In this document: positions 27,171-34,835 of the stretch, piece after piece | Layout of the letters: every line of letters starts with the position of its first letter | Position numbering within the stretch: the first letter of the stretch is position 1 | NCBI GenBank assembly: GCA_900768535.1 | Contig: CAAGDE010000071.1 | Location: forward strand, 1-62,695 | Direction of reading: 5' to 3' | Length of the DNA: 62,695 nucleotides | Origin: Clostridia bacterium | GTDB lineage: Bacteria; Bacillota; Clostridia; Oscillospirales; CAG-272 | The notes under the pieces: generated by a model | What the model saw: the letters and a program-made list of their open reading frames with translations, nothing else | What the model was told of the DNA's origin: nothing | Databases searched by the model: none | Program-made: the position numbers and the translations under genes

Positions 27171-28484
27171 ATGAACATGAAAACAGGAATCGGAAAACGG
27201 TTGGCGGGTTTTCTTTGCGGGGCGCTCCTGCTCGGCGCGGCGGCAATCTTCGGAGCCGGGGCGGAGACGGAAGAGCGGATGGTTCTCTCTCCCGGTGTGG
27301 AGGTGCTTGCGGCAAAGACGGATCTTGCCGTTTCCGCCATGCGCGGGAACGATGTGAATTTTACCGAGGACGATGTGGCGCGCGGGCTGAACCTGTCACG
27401 GGTGAATTATCTGACGGTCACGGCACTCCCGGCGGTCACGGAGGGGGAGCTGCTGCTCGGCTCCTCGCGGGTGGCGGCGGGGCAGGTCATCTCCGGCGCG
27501 CATCTCGGAAGCCTCTCCTTCCATCCGGCAAGCGAGGAGGTCAGCCGCGCGTCCTTCCGGTTTACGGTCGGCGCGGGCGGCTGTGAACTGACCTGCTCCT
27601 TGTGGATTCTCGATGCGGTCAATTACGTCCCCACGGTTGCCATGGCGCCGGTGCTGTCCCTCAAGCAGCATACCTACCGGGATATGGCAGTCTACGGAAC
27701 GCTCTCCGCCTATGACCCGGACGGGGATGCGCTGGTGTTTGAGGTGGTATCGTATCCGGAAAACGGTTCGGTGGAGCTGACCGATGCCAAGTCCGGCACC
27801 TACGTCTACCGCCCGTATTCCGGCTATCTCGGCACCGATGCTTTCACCTATGTCGCGCGGGACTGCTACGGCAATTACAGCAAGCCGGCAAAGGTCTCGC
27901 TGGCGGTGGATCGGCTCGGAACCTCCGTGAACTACGCGGACATGAAGGGACGCCCCGATGAGTGCGCGGCGCTGAACGTGACCGAGCGCGCGGTGATGAG
28001 CGGCTCGCAGGTGGGGGAGAACTACTATTTCTATCCGGACCGGACGGTCAGCCGTGCGGATTTCCTGGTGATGGCAATGAATGCGGCGGGAATCACCGGG
28101 GTGCCGGAATGCGATGTGACGGTGTTTGCGGACGATGCGGAGATTCCGGACTCCATGAAGGGCTACGTTGCGGCGGCTTACCGGCTGGGGTACATTACGG
28201 GAAGCCTGAAGGAGGGGAAGCTCTGCTTTTTGCCGAACGAGGCGCTGACCCGCGCGCAGGCGGCGGTGATTCTGGACCGGATCACGACACCGGGAAAGGC
28301 GGCGGTGATTCCGACCTTTACCGACAAAAGCGACATCCCCGTCTGGGCGGCGGATGCGATCTATTCCCTCAACGCGGTCGGAATTCTGACCCCGACCGGC
28401 GGACAGATTGCGCCTTCGCAGCCCGTCACCCGCGCCGAGGCGGCAGTGATGCTCTCCTCCCTGATGCGCTACCGGGCGGGATAA
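27171..28484 (+). CDS. Secreted S-layer-homology (SLH) domain protein with Ig/cadherin-like domain
   Basis: 437 aa. Signal-like N-terminus. Ig-like segment DGDALVFEVVSYPENGSVEL...YRPYSGYLGTDAFTYVARD. Three C-terminal SLH-like repeats (..VSRADFLVMAMNA.., ..LTRAQAAVILDRI.., ..VTRAEAAVMLSSL..). Confidence 0.8.
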   Translation: MNMKTGIGKRLAGFLCGALLLGAAAIFGAGAETEERMVLSPGVEVLAAKTDLAVSAMRGNDVNFTEDDVARGLNLSRVNYLTVTALPAVTEGELLLGSSRVAAGQVISGAHLGSLSFHPASEEVSRASFRFTVGAGGCELTCSLWILDAVNYVPTVAMAPVLSLKQHTYRDMAVYGTLSAYDPDGDALVFEVVSYPENGSVELTDAKSGTYVYRPYSGYLGTDAFTYVARDCYGNYSKPAKVSLAVDRLGTSVNYADMKGRPDECAALNVTERAVMSGSQVGENYYFYPDRTVSRADFLVMAMNAAGITGVPECDVTVFADDAEIPDSMKGYVAAAYRLGYITGSLKEGKLCFLPNEALTRAQAAVILDRITTPGKAAVIPTFTDKSDIPVWAADAIYSLNAVGILTPTGGQIAPSQPVTRAEAAVMLSSLMRYRAG

Positions 28485-28549
28485 GCGGGATAAGTCGGAA
28501 CAAGTCAGGAACAAGTCAGGAACAAGTCGGGAACAAGTCGGAACAAGTC
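28478..28549. repeat. Short tandem repeat: 2 x GGATAAG(C/T)CG, then 5 x GGAACAAGTC with a 10-12 nt period
   Basis: Direct reading. GGAACAAGTC starts at 28497, 28508, 28519, 28530 and 28540, and the repeat begins at the SLH gene stop codon. Confidence 0.8.
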
Positions 28550-28629
28550 CGCAAAGTGCGTTTCACGGCGGCTTTGCGGCATCTTTTTCCGAAAAATCCG
28601 TCGGACACGGACTTTTTTTCGAAAACCTC

Positions 28630-28658
28630 TTGCAAAACGGGAAAAAATCTGTTATAAT
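28630..28658 (+). promoter_or_regulatory. Sigma-A promoter of the SRP RNA gene
   Basis: TTGCAA (28630-28635), 17-nt spacer, TGtTATAAT (28650-28658, extended -10). Confidence 0.7.
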
Positions 28659-28681
28659 AGTACGGTACGGTATCAGACTGT

Positions 28682-28960
28682 AAAACGAGGCCATACCAGC
28701 CGGGGAAGTAGCGGAGCCCTGAACCTGAAATCCGCTATAGCAGGGGTAGATCCCCCGTTTGAGGGACGATCCTTTGTGAATGAGTCGTTTTTTCTGTGTT
28801 GAGGAATGGGTCTTGCGCAATCGGGAACTGTGAATCATGTCAGGTGGGGAACCAAGCAGCATTAAGCGGTCAACCCGATGTGCCGCGAGGGCGCCTGTTC
28901 TGAGCAGGGGAGACGAAGATCGCTCGGGGGTGACTTTCGATTCCGGGGTGTATGGTCTTG
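28682..28960 (+). ncRNA. ffs: Signal recognition particle RNA, long Bacillus-type with Alu domain (ends +/- 15 nt)
   Basis: Matches remembered B. subtilis scRNA blocks: GGGGAAGTAGCGGAGCCCTGAACCTGAAATCCGCTATAGCAGGG (Alu domain) and TGCGCAATCGGGAAC..CATGTCAGGTGGGGAACCAAGCAGCATTAAGCGG..ATGTGCCGCGAGGG (domain IV). 5-prime GAGGCCATACC pairs with 3-prime GGTGTATGGTC. Conserved position directly upstream of dnaX-ybaB-recR. Confidence 0.85.
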
Positions 28961-29069
28961 TTTTGCAGTCCGGTGCCGTCATTTTGGTTGCAGAATTTGC
29001 CGCGCGCGTGCCGATTCCCATGGGAATTTTGCAGCGTCCGGCTTTTTTTGTCGGAAAAGGGAGAACTCT

Positions 29070-30650
29070 ATGCATCAGGCACTTTACCGGAAATGGCGAC
29101 CGAAAACCTTTGACGATGTCTGCGGACAGGAGCAGGTGACGTCGGTCCTCCGATACGAAACCGAACACGGCACCTTCAGCCATGCGTATCTGTTCTGCGG
29201 CTCCCGCGGAACCGGAAAAACGACCTGCGCGAAGATCCTTGCCAAGGCGGTCAACTGCGAGCACCCCGTGAACGGTTCTCCGTGCGGGGAATGCGCCGCC
29301 TGCCGCGCCATTGAGGAGGGGAGCGCGACCGACGTGCTGGAAATGGACGCGGCGTCCAACAACGGAGTGGACAACATCCGGGACATCCGGGACGAGGTGG
29401 TCTACGCGCCGTCGTCCCTGCGCTACCGTGTGTATATCATCGATGAGGTGCATATGCTGTCGGTCAGCGCGTTCAACGCCCTCCTGAAAACGCTGGAGGA
29501 GCCGCCGGAGCACGTGGTATTCATCCTGGCAACCACCGAGCTGCATAAGCTGCCGGCAACCATCATTTCCCGCTGTCAGCGGTTCGATTTCCGGCGGATC
29601 TCCCTGGACGCGCTGACCGGGCGGCTGATATATATTGCCGGACAGGAGCGGATCGAACTGGAGCCGGAAGCCGCAAGAATGCTGGCAAAGCTGGCACAGG
29701 GCGGAATGCGCGATGCCATCAGCCTGTTGGAGCTGTGCGCGGGATATCACTGTAAAATCACCCCGGCGGTTGTGACCGAGGCGGTCGGCATGACCGGCAG
29801 GGACGCAATGCTCCGGACGGCGGAGGCGGTTGCGGCGAAGGACTACGACTGCCTGTTTGCGCAGGTGGACGAGGTGGTGCGCTCCTCCAAGGATCTGCTG
29901 GTCTTCTGGCAGGATCTGATCTCGCTGTGGCGCGATATGCTGGTGGTGAAAGCCACCCCGAAAGCCGCGGCGTACCTGGATCTGACCGACAGCGAGGAGG
30001 GACAGCTCCGGGCGGCGGCGGAAGCATTCCGGCGGGAAACGCTCCTGTACCATTGCAGGCTGCTGGAGGACGCACTGTTCGCCATGCAGAAGGCAAACGC
30101 GGTCAAGCGCGTGGTGGCGGAGCTGACTCTGACGCGGATGTGCGACGAATCGATGGACACCTCAAACGAGGCACTCCTGTCCCGCCTGGCAAAATTGGAG
30201 GACCGGGTGGCGCTGGGCGTGCCCGTATCCGCCGCGCCGTCCCCGAAGCCGGAGGACACAGGCAAAGCGGAGCCGCCGGCAGAACGTGCCGCAAAGCCGC
30301 AGGCGAAGCCGGTCGGAGCCGATGCACCGCAAGAGGGTAAACGGATTCTGCGACCCTTCCGCGCATGGACGGAGCTGATCAGCCGGGTCGGTCAGAATGA
30401 CCCGATGCTGTCCTCCTTCTGCCGGGGGGCGGAGGCTTATACCACCGAGGACGGGGGAATCGTTGTCCGCTTCCCGTCGGATTTTGCCAAGGGGATGATC
30501 GAAAAGGGCGGCGGACGCGCAAAGCTTCGTGCGGCGCTGATCTCCACTGCCGGAGCGGACATTGCGGACGACAGGCTGATTTTTGAGGTCAGCGGAAAAA
30601 CAGAGCATTCGGCGCTGGATGAGATCATCGCGGCGGCGGAGGACGAATGA
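29070..30650 (+). CDS. dnaX: DNA polymerase III subunit gamma/tau
   Basis: ORF 28878-30650. AAAGGGAGAACTCT precedes the ATG at 29070. MHQALYRKWRPKTFDDVCGQE, Walker A GSRGTGKTT, zinc module CGECAACRAI. Confidence 0.95.
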   Translation: MHQALYRKWRPKTFDDVCGQEQVTSVLRYETEHGTFSHAYLFCGSRGTGKTTCAKILAKAVNCEHPVNGSPCGECAACRAIEEGSATDVLEMDAASNNGVDNIRDIRDEVVYAPSSLRYRVYIIDEVHMLSVSAFNALLKTLEEPPEHVVFILATTELHKLPATIISRCQRFDFRRISLDALTGRLIYIAGQERIELEPEAARMLAKLAQGGMRDAISLLELCAGYHCKITPAVVTEAVGMTGRDAMLRTAEAVAAKDYDCLFAQVDEVVRSSKDLLVFWQDLISLWRDMLVVKATPKAAAYLDLTDSEEGQLRAAAEAFRRETLLYHCRLLEDALFAMQKANAVKRVVAELTLTRMCDESMDTSNEALLSRLAKLEDRVALGVPVSAAPSPKPEDTGKAEPPAERAAKPQAKPVGADAPQEGKRILRPFRAWTELISRVGQNDPMLSSFCRGAEAYTTEDGGIVVRFPSDFAKGMIEKGGGRAKLRAALISTAGADIADDRLIFEVSGKTEHSALDEIIAAAEDE

Positions 30651-30665
30651 AAAGGAGAGGTTATC

Positions 30666-31022
30666 ATGAGAGCGAACATTCCGAAGGGACTGGGCGGGGG
30701 ACCGCAGAATATGCAGGCACTGATGCGTCAGGTGCAGAAGGCGCAGGAGGAAGTGGCACAGAAGCAGGAGGAGCTTGACGCACGCGAGTACGATATCTCT
30801 GCGGGCGGCGGTGTGGTCAATGTGAAGATCAACGGCAAACGCGAGATCCTTGCCATCGACCTCAAGCCGGAGATTGTGGATCCGGACGACATCGAAACGC
30901 TGTCCGATATCCTTGTGGCGGCGGTCAACGAGGCGATCAAGCGCGTGGATACCACCAATGCGGACGAGCTGAACCGGATTACGGGGCAGGTCAATCTGCC
31001 GAACATTTCGGGTCTGATGTGA
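30666..31022 (+). CDS. ybaB: YbaB/EbfC family nucleoid-associated protein
   Basis: 118 aa with typical length and synteny. MQALMRQVQKAQEEV..ISAGGGVVNVKINGKREI. Confidence 0.9.
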   Translation: MRANIPKGLGGGPQNMQALMRQVQKAQEEVAQKQEELDAREYDISAGGGVVNVKINGKREILAIDLKPEIVDPDDIETLSDILVAAVNEAIKRVDTTNADELNRITGQVNLPNISGLM

Positions 31023-31026
31023 GGAT

Positions 31027-31629
31027 ATGGCGGATTATATTGAATCCCTGCAGAACCTGTCCGAGCAGTTCGGCAGACTGAACGGGGTCGGGCGGAAGAG
31101 CGCGTTGCGGATGGCGTTCTCCCTGCTGGACTGGACGGAGGAGGAGGTCCAGGCGTTTGCCGGGGCAATTTTGGATGCCAAGCGGAAGATCCATCTCTGC
31201 CCGGTCTGCCAGAACCTGACCGATCGGGAGCTGTGCCCGATTTGCGCCGATGAGAACCGCGACCGCTCGGTGATTTGCGTGGTCACGGATGTCCGTGCGG
31301 TGATGGCGATGGAGCGGGTGCGCGAATACCGGGGCGTTTACCACGTCCTGCACGGGCTGATCTCCCCGATGAACGGCGTCACGCCGGACAAGCTGAAGAT
31401 CAGGGAGCTGCTGGAACGCGTGGGACACGGCGATGTGGCGGAGGTGATTGTGGCGACCGACCCGAATGTGGAAGGGGAGGCGACCGCAATGTATCTCTCC
31501 CGCCTGCTGAAGCCGCTGGGCGTCCGCGTGACAAGGCTTGCCTACGGCGTGCCGGTCGGCGGAGACCTGGAGTACGCCGATGCCGTCACCCTCTTCCGCG
31601 CCCTGCAGGGACGGCGGGATGTGGAATAA
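31027..31629 (+). CDS. recR: Recombination protein RecR
   Basis: 200 aa. Zinc finger CPVCQNLTDRELCPIC and a Toprim region (VICVVTDVRAV). Confidence 0.95.
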   Translation: MADYIESLQNLSEQFGRLNGVGRKSALRMAFSLLDWTEEEVQAFAGAILDAKRKIHLCPVCQNLTDRELCPICADENRDRSVICVVTDVRAVMAMERVREYRGVYHVLHGLISPMNGVTPDKLKIRELLERVGHGDVAEVIVATDPNVEGEATAMYLSRLLKPLGVRVTRLAYGVPVGGDLEYADAVTLFRALQGRRDVE

Positions 31630-31657
31630 CCCCTGCGGAGTTCCGGAAAAAGAGCAG

Positions 31658-31704
31658 AAACGGACAACCGGGAGCTTTCGATGCTTCCGGTTATCCGTTT
31701 TTTG
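31658..31704 (+). terminator. Intrinsic terminator after recR
   Basis: AAACGGACAACCGGGAGC (31658-31675) pairs with GCTTCCGGTTATCCGTTT (31683-31700), then TTTG. Confidence 0.8.
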
Positions 31705-31760
31705 TTCTGTTGTCGAACCGGGAAATACCAACACGGATCACGGAATTCGGAAAAAGTGCA

Positions 31761-31797
31761 GGAACCGGTTGACAGGTTCCCGAAAATATGGTATACT
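31761..31797 (+). promoter_or_regulatory. Sigma-A promoter of the ECF module, with a 20-bp palindrome over the -35 box
   Basis: TTGACA (31769-31774), 17-nt spacer, TGgTATACT (31789-31797). GGAACCGGTTGACAGGTTCC (31761-31780) is self-complementary at 18 of 20 positions. Confidence 0.65.
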
Positions 31798-31837
31798 GGA
31801 CGGAGAATCGTTGCCGGGGGCGGAAGGAGGGATTGCT

Positions 31838-32719
31838 GTGAAGGCTTTTGCGGAGCTGCATCCGGTGGTGCTGACGGTTTATTTTCTGTCGGTGCTGGCG
31901 GTGGCGATGCTTTCGACCAACCCGGTGCTGTCGGCGGAGGCACTGCTGGGCGGAATCCTTTTTTGCGTCACCCTGCAGAAGCGGCGCGCCGTTGCGGGGG
32001 ATATTGCCTTCTATATTCCGCTGTTCTTCCTGGTCGCCGTGACCAATCCGCTCTTCTCGCACAACGGGGTGACGCCGCTGTTTTTCCTGAACGGGAATCC
32101 CGTTACCCTGGAGGCGTTTGTCTACGGCTTTGCCATTGCGGTGACGGTCATCGGCGTCATGCTGTGGTGCAAATGCGCCGGCGCGGTGATGACAAGCGAC
32201 AAGCTGCTGTATCTGCTTGGAAAGATCATTCCCAAGCTCGGACTGGTGCTGTCCATGGCGCTCCGCTTTCTGCCCATGTTCCGGCGGCAGATGAAAAAAG
32301 TCCGGAGCGCGCAGAAGACCATGGGACTGTACGCAACGCGCGGGGCGGTGGATAAAATCCGGAGTCATGGACGGGTCTTTCTGGCAATGATCTCGTGGTC
32401 GCTGGAGAATGCCATGGAGACGGCAGCCTCCATGAGGGCGCGGGGATACGGAACCGGAAAGCGCACCGATTTCTCCCTGTTCCGCTTCACGGCGCGGGAC
32501 GGGGTGCTGCTGACCGTCAGCGCGTGTCTGATGGGGGTGAGCGCCGCAGGAATGGCTGCGGGTGCTGCCGGATTTACCTTTTATCCGCGCATCAGCGCAC
32601 TGCCGCTGTCGCCCTTTTCGGTGGCGGTCTATGCCGCGTTCGGCGTGCTGTCGGTTTTGCCGTTTGCGGTGGAAGTCAGGGAGGCAATGGTATGGAAATA
32701 TTACAGATCGAGAATCTGA
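31838..32719 (+). CDS. Energy-coupling factor (ECF) transporter transmembrane T component (CbiQ/EcfT family)
   Basis: ORF 31538-32719. GGAAGGAGGG precedes the GTG at 31838. Multi-TM protein with the coupling-helix motif ETAASMRARGY. Confidence 0.8.
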   Translation: MKAFAELHPVVLTVYFLSVLAVAMLSTNPVLSAEALLGGILFCVTLQKRRAVAGDIAFYIPLFFLVAVTNPLFSHNGVTPLFFLNGNPVTLEAFVYGFAIAVTVIGVMLWCKCAGAVMTSDKLLYLLGKIIPKLGLVLSMALRFLPMFRRQMKKVRSAQKTMGLYATRGAVDKIRSHGRVFLAMISWSLENAMETAASMRARGYGTGKRTDFSLFRFTARDGVLLTVSACLMGVSAAGMAAGAAGFTFYPRISALPLSPFSVAVYAAFGVLSVLPFAVEVREAMVWKYYRSRI

Positions 32720-34332
32720 GCTTCCGGTATCCCGGAGCGGAGCGGTGCGCGGTGGACGGGGTCAGCTTCTCCGTACACAGCGGGGAATTTCTGGTCGTAT
32801 GCGGGGCATCGGGGTGCGGGAAAACCACGCTCCTGCGTCTGCTGAAGCCGGAGCTGGCACCCGCCGGGGAGCTGAGCGGCAGGATTGTTTACAGCGAAGG
32901 GGAGCGGACGCCCGCGCAGATCGGGTATGTTCTGCAGAACCCGGACAATCAGATTGTGACGGACAAGGTCTGGCACGAGCTGGCATTCGGACTGGAAAAT
33001 ATGGGGCTTCCGACCGGGGTGATCCGCCGCCGGGTCGGAGAAATGGCAAATTATTTCGGCATTCAGGACTGGTTCCGGAAAAAGACGGACGAGCTGTCCG
33101 GCGGGCAGAAGCAGCTTCTGAACCTTGCCGCAGTCATGGTGATGCAGCCGCGGGTGCTGATACTGGACGAGCCGACCGGTCAGCTTGACCCGATCGCCGC
33201 ATCGGATTTCATCGCAACCCTGCAAAAGCTCAACCGGGAGCTGGGGCTGACCGTCCTGCTGGTGGAGCACCGGCTGGAGGAGGTCTTTCCCATCGCCGAC
33301 CGGGTTCTTCTGATGGAGGAGGGCAGGGTGCTGGTCTGCGATGCACCGGAGAAGATCGGGGATGCGCTCCCGGAAGAGCATCCGATGCGGGCGGCATTGC
33401 CGAGTGGTATGCGGATTTTCCGGTCTCTTTGCGTCCGTGACTGCTGTCCGCTGACGGTGCGGGAGGGACGGGATTTTCTGGAGCGTCATTTCGGTGACCG
33501 CCGCGGGATGCTCCCGGAGCCGGAGTACCGTCATGCGGACGATGTGGCGGTGGAGCTGAAAAACGTGTGGTTCCGGTATGAAAAGGATCTGCCGGACGTA
33601 CTGCGCGGGGTCTGTGCGCAGGTGTACGAAGGGGAGATTTTTGCGGTGCTCGGCGGAAACGGAAGCGGAAAGACGACCATGCTTCAGGTCCTCGCAGGCG
33701 TCAGCCGGGCGTATCGCGGGAAGGTTCTGATTGAGGGACGGCGGGTCGGAGACTATAAAGGAAATTCGCTGTACCGCGGGGTTCTCGCGCTTCTGCCGCA
33801 GAATCCGCAGACGGTGTTCATCCGTGATACGGTGCGGGCGGATCTTGCCGAAATGCTGGAGGCACACGGGGTTCCGAAGTCAGAGCAGGCGGCGCGGATT
33901 TGGGAGATTGCCGAAAAGCTGTCCCTCACCCCGCTCCTGGACCGGAACCCGTTTGACCTGAGCGGCGGGGAGGGGCAGAAATGCGCCCTGGCAAAGGTTC
34001 TGCTGACACAGCCGCGGATTCTGTTGCTGGACGAGCCGACCAAGGGCATCGACGCGGGGGGGAAGCTGGAGCTGAAGGCGCTTCTTAGGCAGCTGAAGTC
34101 GGACGGCATGACGGTGCTTCTGGTGACGCACGATGTGGAGTTTGCCGCTGAGACCGCAGACCGCTGTGCGCTGTTCTTCGACGGAGAAATTCTGTCGGCT
34201 GACCCGTCCGCCCGCTTCTTCAGCGGAAACACCTTCTATACCACCGCCGCCAACCGCATGGCGCGCACCCTCTGCCCGAACGCCGTAACCTGCGACCAGG
34301 TCGTTGAATTCTGCCGCGGGGAGACGGAGTGA
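32692..34332 (+). CDS. ECF transporter fused double ATPase (EcfA-EcfA-prime)
   Basis: ORF 32395-34332. ATG at 32692 (MEILQIENLSFRY) overlaps the end of the T gene. Two ABC cassettes: GASGCGKTT/LSGGQKQ/LILDEPT and GGNGSGKTT/LSGGEGQ/LLLDEPT. Confidence 0.9.
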   Translation: MEILQIENLSFRYPGAERCAVDGVSFSVHSGEFLVVCGASGCGKTTLLRLLKPELAPAGELSGRIVYSEGERTPAQIGYVLQNPDNQIVTDKVWHELAFGLENMGLPTGVIRRRVGEMANYFGIQDWFRKKTDELSGGQKQLLNLAAVMVMQPRVLILDEPTGQLDPIAASDFIATLQKLNRELGLTVLLVEHRLEEVFPIADRVLLMEEGRVLVCDAPEKIGDALPEEHPMRAALPSGMRIFRSLCVRDCCPLTVREGRDFLERHFGDRRGMLPEPEYRHADDVAVELKNVWFRYEKDLPDVLRGVCAQVYEGEIFAVLGGNGSGKTTMLQVLAGVSRAYRGKVLIEGRRVGDYKGNSLYRGVLALLPQNPQTVFIRDTVRADLAEMLEAHGVPKSEQAARIWEIAEKLSLTPLLDRNPFDLSGGEGQKCALAKVLLTQPRILLLDEPTKGIDAGGKLELKALLRQLKSDGMTVLLVTHDVEFAAETADRCALFFDGEILSADPSARFFSGNTFYTTAANRMARTLCPNAVTCDQVVEFCRGETE

Positions 34333-34366
34333 GGGGCATCCGGCATAAATATTTTTGCGTTACCTC

Positions 34367-34395
34367 TTGCAAAAAGCAGAAAAATATGGTATACT
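34367..34395 (+). promoter_or_regulatory. Sigma-A promoter driving the cobalamin riboswitch leader
   Basis: TTGCAA (34367-34372), 17-nt spacer, TGgTATACT (34387-34395). The -10 block AAAATATGGTATACT is identical to that of the ECF promoter. Confidence 0.7.
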
Positions 34396-34404
34396 AAGCT
34401 GAAA

Positions 34405-34600
34405 AGAAAATAGTGTAGGGAAGATACGGTTTGAAAAGTTGTGAACTGAGTAGATGAAAAGGAAATCCGGTTCGAATCCGGGACAACCGCCATTACTGTA
34501 TTTGACATGGGCGTATTGGCGGAGTTTCTCTCTCTCTGCCGGTATGCTTTTGTGGGATTGCCCACATCATAAGTCAGGATACCGCCGCAGCTTCCCGGTT
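34405..34600 (+). promoter_or_regulatory. Cobalamin (B12) riboswitch aptamer (boundaries approximate)
   Basis: Core GGAAATCCGGTTCGAATCCGGGACAACCGCCATTACTGT (34461-34499) fits the conserved GGAA..GGT...AATCC...C.G..CCGC.ACTGT pattern. B12-box-like AAGTCAGGATACCGCC at 34571-34586. Possible anti-terminator partner CGGCGGTATGC at 34648-34658. Confidence 0.8.
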
Positions 34601-34684
34601 TGCCATGTCTTGGGTGTGAAGCGTGCGACCGATGATCCGGAAGGGTTCGGCGGTATGCGCATATCCTGCACGGCTTCGGTCATG

Positions 34685-34718
34685 GGCGCCTTCATCCTTG
34701 GGATGGAGGCGCTTTTCT
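34685..34718 (+). terminator. Riboswitch expression-platform intrinsic terminator
   Basis: GCGCCTTCATCC (34686-34697) pairs with GGATGGAGGCGC (34701-34712), 12 bp with one G-U pair, followed by TTTTCT. It lies 118 nt before the first ATG of the operon. Confidence 0.75.
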
Positions 34719-34835
34719 GATGGGAGGAGGTGTGATTGCTTTGACGGTCCGATGGAAACGGATCCCGGGCGGGGGACTTGTCATCGGTGCGGGATACAGA
34801 AGTTCGGTTTCCACATCTTTGAGGAGGAGAAAAAC

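Noticed and set aside
28878-29069. Upstream extension of the dnaX ORF (track start 28878)
   Set aside because: The extension runs through the 3-prime part of the SRP RNA. The conserved DnaX N-terminus MHQALYRKWRPKTF starts at 29070 behind a good RBS.
28563-30053. 496-aa minus-strand ORF covering the SRP RNA and the 5-prime half of dnaX
   Set aside because: It overlaps a conserved ncRNA and dnaX and is an artefact of GC-rich sequence.
29070-30650. Looked for a programmed -1 frameshift site (A AAA AAG type) in dnaX, as in E. coli
   Set aside because: I found no heptanucleotide slippery sequence with a downstream stem in the gene. Gamma/tau frameshifting is not universal in Firmicutes.
34623-34835. 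Upstream extension of the 1262-aa protein ORF (track start 34623)
   Set aside because: It would be translated through the riboswitch expression platform and terminator. A canonical RBS and signal peptide begin at 34836.
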